64,000 nucleotides of DNA from Chiloscyllium plagiosum. Taxonomy: Eukaryota. Below are positions 41,221 through 54,614 of the stretch, piece by piece; the stretch's first letter is position 1, and each line of letters begins with the position of its first letter. Below the pieces are notes generated by a model. It made no database searches, was not told the origin of the DNA, and saw nothing but the letters and a program-made list of their open reading frames with translations. Where the stretch lies: NCBI RefSeq assembly GCF_004010195.1, contig NC_057719.1:54471077-54535076 (forward strand), in the 5' to 3' direction. The position numbers were made by a program, and so were the translations under genes.

Positions 41221-43430
41221 CAGAGTCATACAACACGGAAACAGACCCTTTGATTCAACAGTCCATGCTGACTATAATTCTGAATTAAACTAGTCCCACC
41301 TGCCTTCGCTTAGCCCATATCTTTCCAAACAATTTTCCAAACCTACTTACCTAAATGTCTTTTAAACACTGTAACTGTACCCACAACCACCACTTCTTCT
41401 CAGAGTTCATTCCACACATGAACCACTCTCTGTATAAAAATAAAATTGTCTCTCACATCTTTTTAAAATCTTTCATCTCTCACCTTAAAAATATGCTCCC
41501 TAGTCTGAAATTTCCCACCCCAGGGAAAGGATAGCTGCTATTCATCTTATCTATGCTCCACATTAGTTTATAAGCCTCCATAAGATCACCTCTCAATCTC
41601 CTACGATCCAATGAAAAGAGTCCCGGCCTATCCAACTTCTCCTTATAACTCAAACCTTCCATTCACAGAAACATCCTACTAAATTTCTTCTGAACCCACG
41701 CCAGCTTAGTATTATCCTCCCCGTAACAGGGAGACCAGAACTGGACACAGTATTCCAGAAGAAGTCTCACCAATGTCCTGTACAAGTAAACAATATCTAA
41801 CACTCTGCACTCATCAATCTTCTTGGTTACTTAGTCTGTGAGACATAATTTCCCTTATACAAAACATGTTGGCCATCCCTAATCATTCCTTGCCTTTCCA
41901 AATCACTTCTAATCACTTAAACACCACTGATGTCAAACTGAGAGGTTTAGAGTTTTCAGGTTCCTCCTTACATCCTTTCTTAAAGAAAGGCACAACATTT
42001 GAAGCCATTCTGCGCCTCAATCATATTTATAGACGATACTAATATTTCTGCAAGGTCACCCTACAATTTCCTCCTTAACTCCCCACAACGTTCTGGGATA
42101 TGCTCGGTCAAGTCCCAGAGATTAACCCACCTTTAATTTTTGTAAGAGCTTCATCTCTTCCTCTTCTATAATGTGAACTGTTTAAAAACATCAATATTAA
42201 CTTCCCTGAGTTCTTTAGCTTCCATTTCTTTCTCTGTGATAAAACCTGATGCAAAACATTCATTTAATATCACTCCCACCTTCTGACGTTCAACACAAAA
42301 ACAACCTCTTTGATCTTTAAGGAACCCTACAGTCTGTCCAGTTGATCTCTTGTTCTTAATATACTTGTAGAATCTCTTTAGATTATCCTTAACTGTTTTT
42401 GCCAAGACTATCTTACAACCTTTTTCCCTTTTTGATCTCCCTGTTAAGAATACTCCTACAGTCTTTATGCTATTCAAGAGATTCATTTGAATCCAGTTGT
42501 TTATATTTAGAATATGATTCATTTTTATTCTTGACTAGAATCTCAAAATCTTTATTCATCCATTGTTCTCTAATTCTACCAGGCTGACCCTTCACTATAA
42601 CAGGAACATGACTTTGAACTCTCATTATCACACGTTTGAAAGCCTCCCAATTATCAGACATCCCTGTCTACTCCAATCGAGTTCTTGTCTCATACCATTA
42701 AAATTTGCCTTACTTCAATTATTTTTTTTGTGGAAGACTTATCCTTTTCAATAACCATTTTAAAACAAATAGAATTATGATCACGAGAGCCAAAGTATTC
42801 TACTATCACTTCAGTCCCTTGCCCTATCTTATGATTCAAGAGTTCAGATTTTCCTCCTTTTCCAGTAGGAAAATTTACATAGTGATAATGAAAATTTTCT
42901 TGAACACATTTAACAAATTCTTCACCATCCAAACCTCTAACAGTATGGTAAGCCCAGTCAATGTTTGGAAAATTAAAATCCCCTACCATTACAACCTTGT
43001 TATTCTTGTATATACCGAAGATTTCTCGACATATTTATTCCTTAATTTCCCTCTGACTACTGGAAGGCAATAGTATAATCCCATCAAGGTGATCATTAGT
43101 TTTCTTATTTCTAATTTCAATCCATATATTTTTACTGGATGATTTTTCAGAAATATCTTCTCTAATTAGAGCAATCGTGTTTTTCTTAACCAAAAACGCT
43201 ACACCCTCTCCTGATTTGTCTCTTTTTCTATCCTTCCCATAGCATCTGAAACATCAACTTGGAGCCCTGTCCATCCTTCAGCCACATTTCTGTAATAGCT
43301 ATGACATCCTAATTCTATGAACCCAAACATGCCCTGAGTTCATCAGCCTTATCTATAGGTCCTCTTGTATTGAAATAAATGCAGTTTAATTCTTCAGAGT
43401 TACTTTATTCTTTACTTGCTCTTGTCTGTC
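41221..43430 (-). mobile_element. CR1 LINE with internal deletions
   Basis: VGDFNFPNIDW (APE endonuclease), KRFYKYIKNKR, RRLRGDLMEAYK. Confidence 0.92.
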
Positions 43431-44314
43431 TATTATTAACTTGTTCCTTTCAGATCCAAAACCATTAAAAATACCTGGCTTGAAGGTAGAGAACAGAGGG
43501 TGGTGGTGGAGGGGTGCTTTTCAGACTGGAGGCCTGTGGCCAGTGATGTGCCATAAGGATTGGTGTTGGGTCCACTCCTTTTTGTCATTTATTTAAATAA
43601 TTTAGATGCGAACATCGGAGGTATAGTTAGTAAGTTTGCAGATAACACCAAAATTGGAAGTGTAGTGGACAGAGAAGAAGGTTACCTCAGATTACAACAG
43701 GATTGTGCTCAGAAGGGCCAATGGGCTGAGATGCCTCAGATGGAGTTTAATTTAGATAAATGTGAGGTGCTGTGTTTTGGAAAGCCAAATCAGAGCAGAA
43801 CAAAGAGAGCTTGGAGTGCAGGTTCATGGTTCTTTGAAAGTGCTGTTGCAGGTAGATAGGATAGTGAAGAAGGTGTTTGGTATCCTTTCTTTTTTTGGTC
43901 AGAGTATTGAGCACAGGAGTTGGGAGGTCATGTTGCGGCTGTACAGGGCATTGGTTAGGCCACTTTTGGAATATTGCATGCAATTCTGGTCTCCCTCCTA
44001 TCGGGTAGATGTTGCGAAACTTGAAAAGGTTCAGAAAAGATTTACAAGCATGTTGCCAGGGTTGGAGGGCTTGAGCTATAGGGAGAGACTGAACAGGCTG
44101 GGGCTCTTTTCCCTGGAGCATCAGAGGCTGAGGAGTGACCTTATAGAGGTTTATAAAATCATGAGGGGTATGGATAGAGTAAATAGATAAAGTCTTTTCC
44201 CTGGGGTGGGGGAGTCCAGAACTAGAGGGCATAGGTTTAGGGTGAGAGGGGAAAACTTTAAAAGGGACCTAAGGGGCAACTTTTTCATATAGAGCATGGT
44301 GTGTATATGGAATG

Positions 44315-44526
44315 CGGTGAGCTGAAAATGTGTTGCTGGATCAGCGCAGCAGGTCAGGCAGGATACAGGGAACAGGAGAATCGACGTTTCGGGAATTTCC
44401 TGAAGAAGGGCTTATGCCCGAAACGTCGATTCTCCTGTTCCCTGGATGCTGCCTGACCTGCTGCGCTGTTCCAGCAACACATTTTCAGCTCTGATCTCCA
44501 GCATCTGCAGACCTCACTTTCTCCTC
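44315..44526. mobile_element. Palindromic Penelope-terminal-repeat element in CR1
   Basis: Inverted arms; TSD gtgtatatggaatg at 44301-44314 and 44527-44540. Confidence 0.9.
44400..44427 (+). ncRNA. Minimal hammerhead ribozyme core
   Basis: CTGAAGA-A-GGGC-TTAT-GCCC-GAAAC-GTC. Confidence 0.7.
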
Positions 44527-45714
44527 GTGTATATGGAATGAGCTGCCAGAGGATGTGGCGGAGGCCAGTACAATAACAACCTTTAAGTGTCATCTGGATG
44601 GGTATATGAATAGGAAGGGTTTAGAGGATATGGTGCAAGTTTTGGAAAATGGGATTAGATTGAGTTGGGATATCTGATCAGCATGGACAAGTTAGACCAA
44701 AGGGTCTGTTTCCATGTTGTACATCTCTATGACCCAATGACTCCGAAGCCCCTTGTCAGAAGTAACAGCAGAGTAACCTTCTTATTTAATGATCACTCAC
44801 CATTTGCAATCACAAAGCCGTCATGAGACAATTTAGTGAACATTGATACAACTAGGCCATGATACTTGCTGATCAAATAGTGCATCAGCATTCACCTGTC
44901 GTGCTTTTCCTACTCCCACATCCTGGTTCATGTCTGCACTCACCAGCTGTGATTCAGGACAGCTTCCATAATGCAGTCACCTCACTGAAAATTACAGAAC
45001 TGCCCACAACTTCTAAACAACAATGTATCAGGGTCCCGACCAGTCACCTTGTGCACACTGCCGAAAGTCACCAGAGATGAACATGGGGGCAGGATTTCTT
45101 TCTCCACAGTTACAAATTGTACCTTCTCTCAACCTCTGACTCTTCAATGTGAAATCCTCACTACTGTTCTGCTTTATGGAATATACAGAAAAGTTACCAT
45201 TAACATTGACACTCTTGTAGTGAGCACAGAAATGCATCTGTGAAATAATCAAAGCATCAGAAGCTTTTTTTTAAACAGGTCACTAGCCCGTTCAGTACTA
45301 TATCTACAACTCCTTGTGGTTTTGGAATATTGTGGTCCATCTCCATTCACTTCAAGAGAATAAAAAGGCATCTATTTAATGGGGGCCTTTTGTCTCTCAG
45401 AAACCAACCTAGATCTTAGGTCTGGGCTAAAAGTGTTGTAGCAGATGTGAATGCTGGAGAATGAATGAGTTATGGTAACTGGCAGAAATAGATACATAGA
45501 AATACAGGAATGCCATATTGTGGTCACACATGATTTCCATATTAATGATATGGTTTTCTATTGCTGGCTGCTGCAATAGTGCCTGGACATGATATGGGTA
45601 CATTCAATCCTTCCATGAATTGGTGGAAAATGGAGGTTAGTTAGACATGTTGCCCTGTACACCTGTAATAACACATCCTTGGAGAAGTTGATGATTTACC
45701 TCAGAGGAATTGAT

Positions 45715-48257
45715 TCAGTATGTGGATGTACCTACTAGAGAAGGTGCAAAACTTGACCTACTCTTAGGAAATGAGGCAGGGCAGGTGATTGAGGTATCAG
45801 TGGGGGAGCACTTTGGGGCCAGTGACCATAATTCTATTAGTTTTAAAACAGTGATGGAAAATGATAGATCGGATCTAAAAATGTAATTTCTTAATTAGAA
45901 GAAGGTTAATTTTAATGGTACTGGGTAAGAACTTTCAAAAGGTGATTGGGAGCAAATGTTCGCAGGTTCAGGGATGGCTGGAAAATCGGAAGCCTTCAAA
46001 AATGAGATAATGAGAGCCCAGAGACAATTTATTCTTGCCAGGGTGAAAGGCAAAGTTTGTAGGTGTTGGGAATGCTGGATGACTAGAAAAATTAAGGCTT
46101 TGGTTAAGAAAAGGAAGGAAGCATATGTCAGGTAAAGACAGCAGAGATCAAATGAATCCTGAGAAGATTATAAAGGCAGCAGGAGTATACTTAAGAGGGG
46201 AATCAGGAGGTCAAAAAGGGGCTATGAGATAGCTTCGGCAAATAGGGTTAAAAAGAATCCAAAGGGATTTTACAAATACATTTGGGAGAAAAGGGTAACG
46301 AGGGAGAGAATAAAGCCCCTCAAAGATCAACAAGGTGGCCTTTGTGTGGAGCCGCAGGAGATGGGAGAGATCCTAAATGAGTACTTTGCAGCAGTGTTTA
46401 CTGTGGAGAAGGACATGGAAGATGTAAAATGTGAGGAAATAGATGGTGACATCTTGAAAAATGTTTGTATTACAGAGGACATGGTGCTGGATGTCTTGAA
46501 ATGGATAAAAGTGAATAAATCCCCAGGACCTTATCAGGTGTACCCTGGAACTCAGTGGGAAGCTTGGGAAATGATTGCTGGGCCCATTGCTGAGAAATTT
46601 GCATCAGGGAACTATAGATTGGTGAGCCTGACATCTGTGGTGGGCAAGTGTTGGAGTGAATCCCAAGGGACAGGATTTTTATGTACTTAGAAAGGAAAAG
46701 ACTGATTAGGGATCGTCAGCATGGCCTTGTGTGTGGGAAACCATGTCTCACGAACTTGATTGAAATCTTTGAGGAAGAAACAAAAATGATAGATGATGGC
46801 AAAACAGTAGAATTGATCTATGTAGATTTCAGTAAGGTGTTCAACAAGCTTTCTCATGGGACACTGGTTAGCAAGGTTAGATCTCATGGAATACATGAAG
46901 AACTAGCCCCTTGAATATAGAACTAGCTCAAAGATAGATGTTAGAGGGTGGTGATGGTGGAGGGTTGCTTTTCAGACTGGAAGTTTGTGACCTAAGGTAC
47001 TGCGCCCACTGCTTTTCATCATTTTTACAAATGATTTAGATGTGAACTTAGGAGGTATAGTTAGTAAATTTGCAGATAACACCAAAATCGCAGGTGTAGT
47101 GAAGGACGTTACCTCAGAATACAACGGGATTTTGATCAGATGGGCCAGTGGGCTAAGGAGTGGAAGATAGAATTTAATTTAGATAAATACAAGGTGCCGC
47201 ATTTTGGAAAAGCAAATCAGAACAGGACTTATACACTTAATGGTAAGGTCCTGGGGAGTGTTGCTGAACAAAGAGATCTTAGAGTGCAGGTGCATAGTTC
47301 CTTGAAAGTAGAGTCGCAGGTAGATAGGATAGTGAAGAAGGCGTTTAGTATACTTTCCTTTATTGGTCAGAATATTGAGTATAGGAGTTGAGAGGTCAGC
47401 TGTACAGAACATTGGTCAGGCCACTTTTGGAATATTTTGTGCAATTCTGGTCTCCATCCTAGCAGAAGGATGCTGTGAAACTTGACTGGATTCAGAAAAG
47501 ATTTACAAGGATATTGCCAGATTTGAAGGATTTGAGCTATAGGGAGAGGCTGAATAGGCTGGAGCTGTTTTCCCTGGAGTGTCAGAGGCCGAGGAGTGAC
47601 CCTATAGAGGTTTATAAAATCATGAGGGCAATGGATATGGTAAATAGTCAAGGTTTTTTCCAGGGGTGGCTGAGTCCAGAACTAGAGGGCATAAGTTTAG
47701 GTCAGAGTAGGAAAATATAAAAGAGACCTAAGGGGCAACTTTTTCACACAGAAGGTGGGGTGGCACCATAGCTCAGTGGGTTAGCACTGCAGCCTCACAG
47801 CACCAGTGAACCAGGTTCGATTCCAGCCTCAGGTGACTGTCTGTGAGGAGTTTGCACATTCTCTCTGTGTCTGCGTAGGTTTCCTCTGGGTCCTCCGGTT
47901 TCGTCCCACAGTCCAAAGATGTACAGGTTAGGTGGATTGGCCATGTTAAATTGCCCATAGTGTTAGGTGCATTAATCAGAGGGGAAATGGGTCTGGGTGG
48001 GTTACTCTTGTAGGGCTGAAGGGCCTGTTTCCACACTGTAGGGAATCTAATCTAATCTACATGTATGGAATGAGCTGCCAGAGGAAGTGATGGAGGCTGG
48101 TACAATTGCAACATTTAAAAAGCATCTGGATTGGTACATGAATAGGAAGGGTTTGGAGGGATATGGGCCAGGTGCTGGCAGGTGGGATATCTGGACGGCA
48201 TGAACGAGTTAGACCGAAGGGTCTGCTTCTGTGCTATGCATCTCTATAACTCTAACT
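45715..48257 (+). mobile_element. CR1 LINE, long degraded ORF2
   Basis: LNEYFAAVFT, GNYRLVSLTSVVGK, CLTNLIEIFE, IYVDFSKVF, IEFNLDK; tail ctctataactcta. Confidence 0.95.
47757..48058 (+). mobile_element. HE1-type SINE nested in CR1
   Basis: Box A/B head, core, ctaatctaatcta tail; CR1 sequence continues on both sides. Confidence 0.9.
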
Positions 48258-50077
48258 CCACATTAGTAATAGAGGTATTGCAGTGGTGGGTGACTGTCTG
48301 AAAGGTTACAGATATCTACAGCAAACCCCTGGAAGCTGCTGGCCACATGCATATTGAAGGATCGGTCACCTTGAGTGTAACTGGCAGGCATAGCACAAGG
48401 TTGATCATGGCACAAGGCATCCTCCCACTATGGCATGGATGCCACCAACTATTTCTCTTGAAATTCAATGAGGTTTTGGCTGCACTGCCTTCTGGTCATG
48501 TTTGATGTAATTTCTTTGGCTGACAGTGCACCTTTATTCAGAATAATATGTCTTCCTCCTCTTTCTTCATGGTATTTGTGGTGTCTATGGCACAAGTATC
48601 CTGGCTCTGGCAATACTTTGCTGTTGCTTTTCCTCAATAGCCTGCATATGGTAAGATGTGCCCATTCTTTCAGCCATTCTGACAGGACACTCTTCAACCA
48701 GCAAGATGGTAATCGGTGCCATTTCCCTCTTGACTGGAGAAAAAGGAATAACCTTAAAGAAGAAGGGTATATCTACATGACCCTTTCAGAATTCTCACCT
48801 CCCCACCATCCCTGATTCCTTCCTCATTGTGGATTGTCACTAAATTCTCTCTCAAGTTCTTAAAATCTTATTTTGTAGAATTCTGTGCAGGGGTAAAGAC
48901 CTAATGTAAGGCCTTCAGATGTGCTTACATCTCTACTATAAAGATGAGAGCCCATGCATGTTAATGTACTTGGAACAGTGAACATCTGATGCTGTTTGAA
49001 CTCAGTGTAAATTTCAAATGGTCGAGTGATTTGTGTTTCACAACTGTGCAGCACGTGTCCTGCTCCCTATCCCCTACTGACAAAAGTAAAGTTGGCTGGA
49101 AATGTGTAGGATGCAGGATTCTTCTGCAACTAATTCCACCTACTGATTTTAATGCCTTCTGGACTCAAGTTAAATTTCAAGCATATCCAGCCCACAAAAT
49201 TTGTTTCTCTCTGATGAGTTCTTTCAATATTTCCTCTTTCGTTTTCAGATTTTGAGCATTCATAGTATTTTTTTCAACCAATTTAGCAGTTGAATACCCT
49301 GCACCAAATCTTATCTGGCATTAGTCCCATTGCTAAATTAACAGGTCATTCTTTCAGCCATCCTGTCGGACAATTGAGAAAAGTAGAAATAGCCTGTTCT
49401 TCTTTCACTTACATTCAGTAATCATATTCAGTTTGAGTCTGAATGTCAGCAACTGAATTAATCTTTCAGATGAAATACATGACTGAGCACCTTAATGGAA
49501 GTACACTGAACCTAGAACAGATCAACTCATCAAAAATGATAGTCAAGTCCAGATCAAATCAAACGCAAATTTCTTAAATATTTATAGTGCGAACACACAT
49601 CAAACCATTAGCATGGTTGCTAAGCACCAAATCTTTAAGGGTAGATTTTCCTGAAGTTATACTAGGTTTATCTTGCTGCACTGAGAATTCAACAATTGAG
49701 TGGGTCACAGTAAATGTCTGTAAAGGAATACACTTTATTTTCTCCATCAGATTAACAAAACAAATGTGGAATTTAGCAGTCATGATCTGAAGAAGACTCA
49801 AATCGAGAACACTACTTCTTTCCACTGATGCTGCCAGACCTGCTGAGTTTCTGCAGCATGATCTGTGTTTGATATAATTAAGCGTGAACAATTTATCAAG
49901 TCAGTACACCAATAACAGGTCGCTAAAGAGGGACCCATTCATTTCCATGAGAATACTTGGTGGAAAGATTCTGGAACAGACTCCATTTTGTACTGGAGAA
50001 ATTGAGGAACATAATCTTCATATGCTCTGCACATCCATATGCTCATTTATAATTACTTAAACTTCTTTTTTACTGGC

Positions 50078-51372
50078 AGGATAGAGATACAAAATAAATA
50101 TTTCACATCAGTTTTTACTATGGAGAATGAAATTGAGGCTAGTGAACTCTGGGAAATAAATATTAATGTCTTGGAAACAGTCCACATTTCAGAAGAGGTC
50201 TTAAAAAACACAAAGGTGGATAAATTACCAGGACCTGATCAAGTGTATCCCAGAGAGGTAAGAAATATTTGTATCATCTATAGCTATGGCTAAGATGTCA
50301 GGGGGAAAGCTTGCCAATTAGATACAAAATTGGCTTAACAGCAGGACCCAAAGGGTAGTGATGGAGGGTTGTGTTTTGGACCAGAGGTATGTGACCAGCT
50401 GTGTTCTACAGGGATCGGTGCTAGATCGACTTTTGTTTGCAATTTATATGAACGATTTGGATGAGAATTTAAGAGGTATAATTAGTAAGCTTGTGGATGA
50501 CACTAAAATTGGTGGTCAAGTCGATAGTGGAGAAGGTTATCTAAGATTACAAAAGGATCTTGATCAATCAGGCCAATGGGGAGTAGCAGATGAATGTAAG
50601 ATATTGCATTTTGATAAGACAAACAAGGATCGGACTTAAACAGTTAATGGTACAGCCGTGGGTAGTGTTGTTGAACAGAGACACCCAGGGGTTCATGTAA
50701 ATAGTTCTTTGAAAGTTGCATCACAGATGGACAGAGCAGTTAAAATGTTGTTTAGCATGCTCAGACCTTTGAACTGAGGTGCTGGGACGTCAGGTTGAGG
50801 GTGCACAGGACATTGATGAGGCCACGTTTGGAGTACTGCATACAGTTCTGATCACTCTGCTATTGGAAGGATATTATTAATTTGGAGAGGCTGCAGAAAA
50901 GATTTCCCAGAATGTTGCTAGGATTGGAGGATATGAGTTATAATGATAGGCTGGATAATCTGGGACTCTTTTCACTGGAGCGTAGGAGGTTGAGGGTTGA
51001 CCTTAGAGAAGTTTATAAGATCATGAGGGGCATAGGTAAGGTGAACAGCAAAGGACTTTTCCATAGGGAGGGTGAGTTCAAAGCAAGGGGGCATATTTTT
51101 AAGATGAGAGGAGAAAGATTTAGAAGGAACTCTAAGGGCAACTTTTTCACACAGCGGGTGGTTTTTATGTGGGATAAACATCCAGAGGAAGTGGTAGATG
51201 CAGGTACAACGACAACATTTAAAAGAAATTTGGACAGGTGAATGAATAAGAAAGGTTTAGAGGGATATGTGCCAAACGCGGGCAAATGAGACTAATTTAG
51301 TATGGGAAACTTAGTCAGCATGGACGAGTTGGACCAAAGAGTCTGTTTCCGTCTGTGTGACTCCATGACTGT
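50078..51372 (+). mobile_element. CR1 LINE fragment
   Basis: QGSVLDRLLFAIYMNDLD, LERRRLRVDL, FFTQRVV. Confidence 0.92.
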
Positions 51373-51857
51373 ATGTGGGCATCCATAAATGCCTTGAGGA
51401 AGTGGTGCTGAGCTACCTTCTTGAACTGATGAAGTCCATGTGCTGTAGATACACCAATGCTGCTATTAGGAAGGGAATTCCACCATTTTGACACAGCAAC
51501 AGAGAAGACATGGTGATATATTTCCAAGGGAGGATGGTGAATGGCTTGGAGGGGTACTTGCAGGTAATGGTGTTCCTATGTATCTACTGTCCTTGTCCTT
51601 CAAAATGGAAGTAATTTTGGGTTTGGAAGATACTGTCTGAGGATCATTGGTAAATTTCTGCAGTGCATCTTGGAGATGGTGCACACTGCTGCCTTAATCT
51701 TCTTATACAAAGTATCTAGGAATACCGTTCTTGTTTCTGGTTGCCTAACCTGTTTTGTAGTTTTGCTTTTTCTCCCCGTAGCCTCTTGTTTCAAGAAAAG
51801 TAGAAATAGTGTGCTCTTGCATCTCTTCCAGGCAGTAATCATATTCAATTTGAGACT

Positions 51858-51975
51858 GAGTTCTGAAGAAGGACCACTGGACCTGGAATGTTAACTTTGC
51901 TTTCTCTCCACACACGCTGCCAGGTCAGCCAAGTTTCTCTAGCAATTTCTGTTTTTGTTTCAGATTTCCAGCTTC
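51858..51975 (+). repeat. Old Penelope terminal-repeat relic with a decayed hammerhead
   Basis: gagtt-CTGAAGA-aggaccactggacct-GGAAT-GTT-aactt followed by the family terminal sequence. Confidence 0.55.
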
Positions 51976-53069
51976 ACAATTCTTTGCATTTTAGTTTTAT
52001 TTTTGTCTTTTTTTTTGTTATGGGCTTGTTACTTTGTGTAAGCATACCTATGTGAACTCCTTATAATATTTGTCCTTGGTAGTCCATGTTGTTGTGCTTT
52101 GTAAAATCTACAGTTTGTGGCACAATACTCTGAGAAATTTGGGCATGCAACAATAATTTATGGTTGCTAAATAGCTTTCAAAGCTTCCAATGTGCTGCAC
52201 AGGAAATATAAGTTTAGTAAATAAATAATTGGGAAAGTAAGGGCCACATTTGATTTTTAATCATTCTAAAGTTCCATTCTGAAATTGCAGCGCACAATGT
52301 TTTGCTAGCTGATCGGATGACACGTTCCACTGCCCCACCCACCATCACCACCATTAGCACTGCCATATTAGCCTGAGTACAGATCCCGGAAAGACTCACT
52401 TTCTCTCAACTACAAATTGAAATAATACAGGCCACCTCCCCAAGTTGTTCACCCCAAACACTTAATCATCAGTTCATTGAATTGCCAATCAATTGTCACC
52501 ACCATCCCCACCTGGCAACTTTTCAGGACATTAATTTTGCCTGAAAATCCGAGATCAGGAAGTTCACATCCCCTGACTACTGAAACTGAGCTTCCGTCCC
52601 AGCTGCCAACAGCACCACCACCCCACCCTAGACACTATGGTTCCCACATCACTGGTCCCTCAGCTCAGTCACTGATTTCCACCAATGGCTCCTACCCATT
52701 GATCAGTCCACAAAACCTAATGACCTGGCCTATTGGTAATTGATTTCCTGTAGAAGTGTATCCTTTATATTGGACCTGAAAATATTATATTCCTGTGCAC
52801 ATTGTATGCTTTAAAATATACATTAGAGTTCCTAGTTGATCTGGTTTGAATATGGTCCAACATTAAAATTGAATGCAAACCAATATAATTGTTCAGAAAG
52901 TGCCAAAAGCTCACTAGATATTCATTAAGTATGAAAAATAAATTATTTTTAGAAGTTATTCAACCACAGGCACTCATTCCAGAATCTGAAATCAAACAAA
53001 ACTTGCAGTTTTCAATGTGACTTACACCTGCACCGTGAGACTGTCATATTTCATTGGGGGTAATGGTAT

Positions 53070-53799
53070 TGTTGTGGGAAAACCACCAGCCTCGGAGTCA
53101 GAGTCGGGGTTCAACGACAGAGTTTATTGTACAAGGAAATACTAGAGCTCCAGGCACAGAAAGGCACCATCAGCCACAGTGGTCAGCTGCCAGTCTTCTC
53201 ACAACCCGGAGCACATGTCAGGTTACTTTCATACATTTTGTAATACAATAGGTCAGTGATGAGGTTATTATCTTTGTAACATACATTGTTTATTGTAAAC
53301 ACTGCAGAATTGTTGATAGCTTCAGTGCAGTCATTGTCAGTTGCAGCACAGCCTTTGTTAATTTCAGCGTGGTCATTGTCAGTTTCAGCATAGACATTGT
53401 CAGTTTCAATGTCTGTGCGGACGTCCATTACTGTACCAATGGGTGCTAATTGCTCTTCCTGAAAGGAAAAATTACTGCAGCCTTGGCTATTATCACTTTG
53501 TACTGAGTCTGTGTCAAATAGTTAGCATTTCTATCAAAAGTGTTGGCTGGACCCAGACAATTCGAAGGACAGTATATGTTATTTACGTGTATTCTCTCCC
53601 CCAACCACTTTATACTAAATAATTAGGTTGTGAGCGCATTGTGTTGGCCCCAGGCAGTGTCTGTGTTTGCTCTGTTGTCTCTCTCCGTATTGTGGTCAGG
53701 CGGCCATCTTGTGTGTCAAGCGGCCAACAGATGGTTCAGCTGTCATCTTGTGTGTCCGTGTGCCTAGTGTCACCCTGCCCTGTGCCATCTCCCACTTCG
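53070..53799 (-). repeat. 3' LTR (730 bp)
   Basis: Colinear with the 5' LTR (23 differences in a hand-aligned 180-nt block); first base mutated (CGAAG for TGAAG); preceded by the PPT; TATAAA at 53609-53614; AATAAA at 53289-53294 and 53123-53128 (minus). Confidence 0.95.
53699..53711 (-). promoter_or_regulatory. YY1-like site in U3
   Basis: Minus CAAGATGGCCGCC fits the YY1 consensus; degenerate repeats of (g)ccatct lie nearby in both LTRs. Confidence 0.4.
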
Positions 53800-53810
53800 C
53801 TCCCCTCTTT
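53800..53810 (-). promoter_or_regulatory. Polypurine tract
   Basis: Minus AAAGAGGGGAG immediately before the 3' LTR. Confidence 0.85.
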
Positions 53811-54614
53811 GTGGTCAAGGAGGTGACTTTGGAGATCTCCCGCAGACCACCCAATTTACATGTAGATGTAGGTCATCTCTCTTCCCAGGGGGTATCATGG
53901 AGTGCCAATTTCGTTGGTGGCTGTTCTGTGGTGACACTCGTTGCTGGTACAGTTCTCGTCAATAGCACCTTACAGCAGAACCTTAAACACCCGAAGTCTA
54001 CACAGAATACCAGCACGAGTGCAATGAGGAGAACTATCTCGTGTGCCAAATAGGGTCTCCAAGTTTTCCCTATCAACCAACTTAGCCAGCTGTCTATAAT
54101 TGCGGTTCCCAGTTGAAAATTATCTAGCTGGTCTCGGATATTCTTGATGGCTTCGGTAATGTTATAAGAGTCATCAATAACATGGGTGATACAATTGTGA
54201 CCAATAATTGTACAAACTCCCCCTTGATGTGCTAATTGATAACCCACTGCTTCAGCCAACTCTGTATTAATTGCTTCCAGAGCTTTTGAGGTATTATTGC
54301 CTAAGATAGTCAGCTACATTCAAAGTAATTTCAGTTTTTAGTGCTAACGACACCTGCTGCGCTCCCCCCAAAGATAGAGATCCCAAGAATCCATATCCCA
54401 GTCTTGACCCCAAAGGGCACAGAACTCCTGGCTGACGAAGTGGGTCAATATCCTTCTCTGAACATGTCCCCAACTGGGGCATGGTACAGGAAGGGATGCA
54501 ATTGCCCCGACCACAAACAGGTTTAGGAGATCTGGGGTGTCTGTCGCATATGTTCTCTTAAATAGAAAAAGAAATCCCTTCACTACTAACATACATTGTC
54601 CTGTCCTTCCATCT

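Larger units (their letters stand above)
43455..44743 (+). mobile_element. CR1 LINE 3' portion
   Basis: VLGPLLFVIYLNNLD, SKFADNTKIG, LYRALVRPLLEYCMQFWSP; tail. Confidence 0.95.

Noticed and set aside
43747..44232. 161-aa minus-strand ORF
   Set aside because: Antisense shadow of CR1 ORF2
1..53000. Host protein-coding exons
   Set aside because: No ORF with a recognisable host domain and convincing splice sites was found; small exons could have been missed
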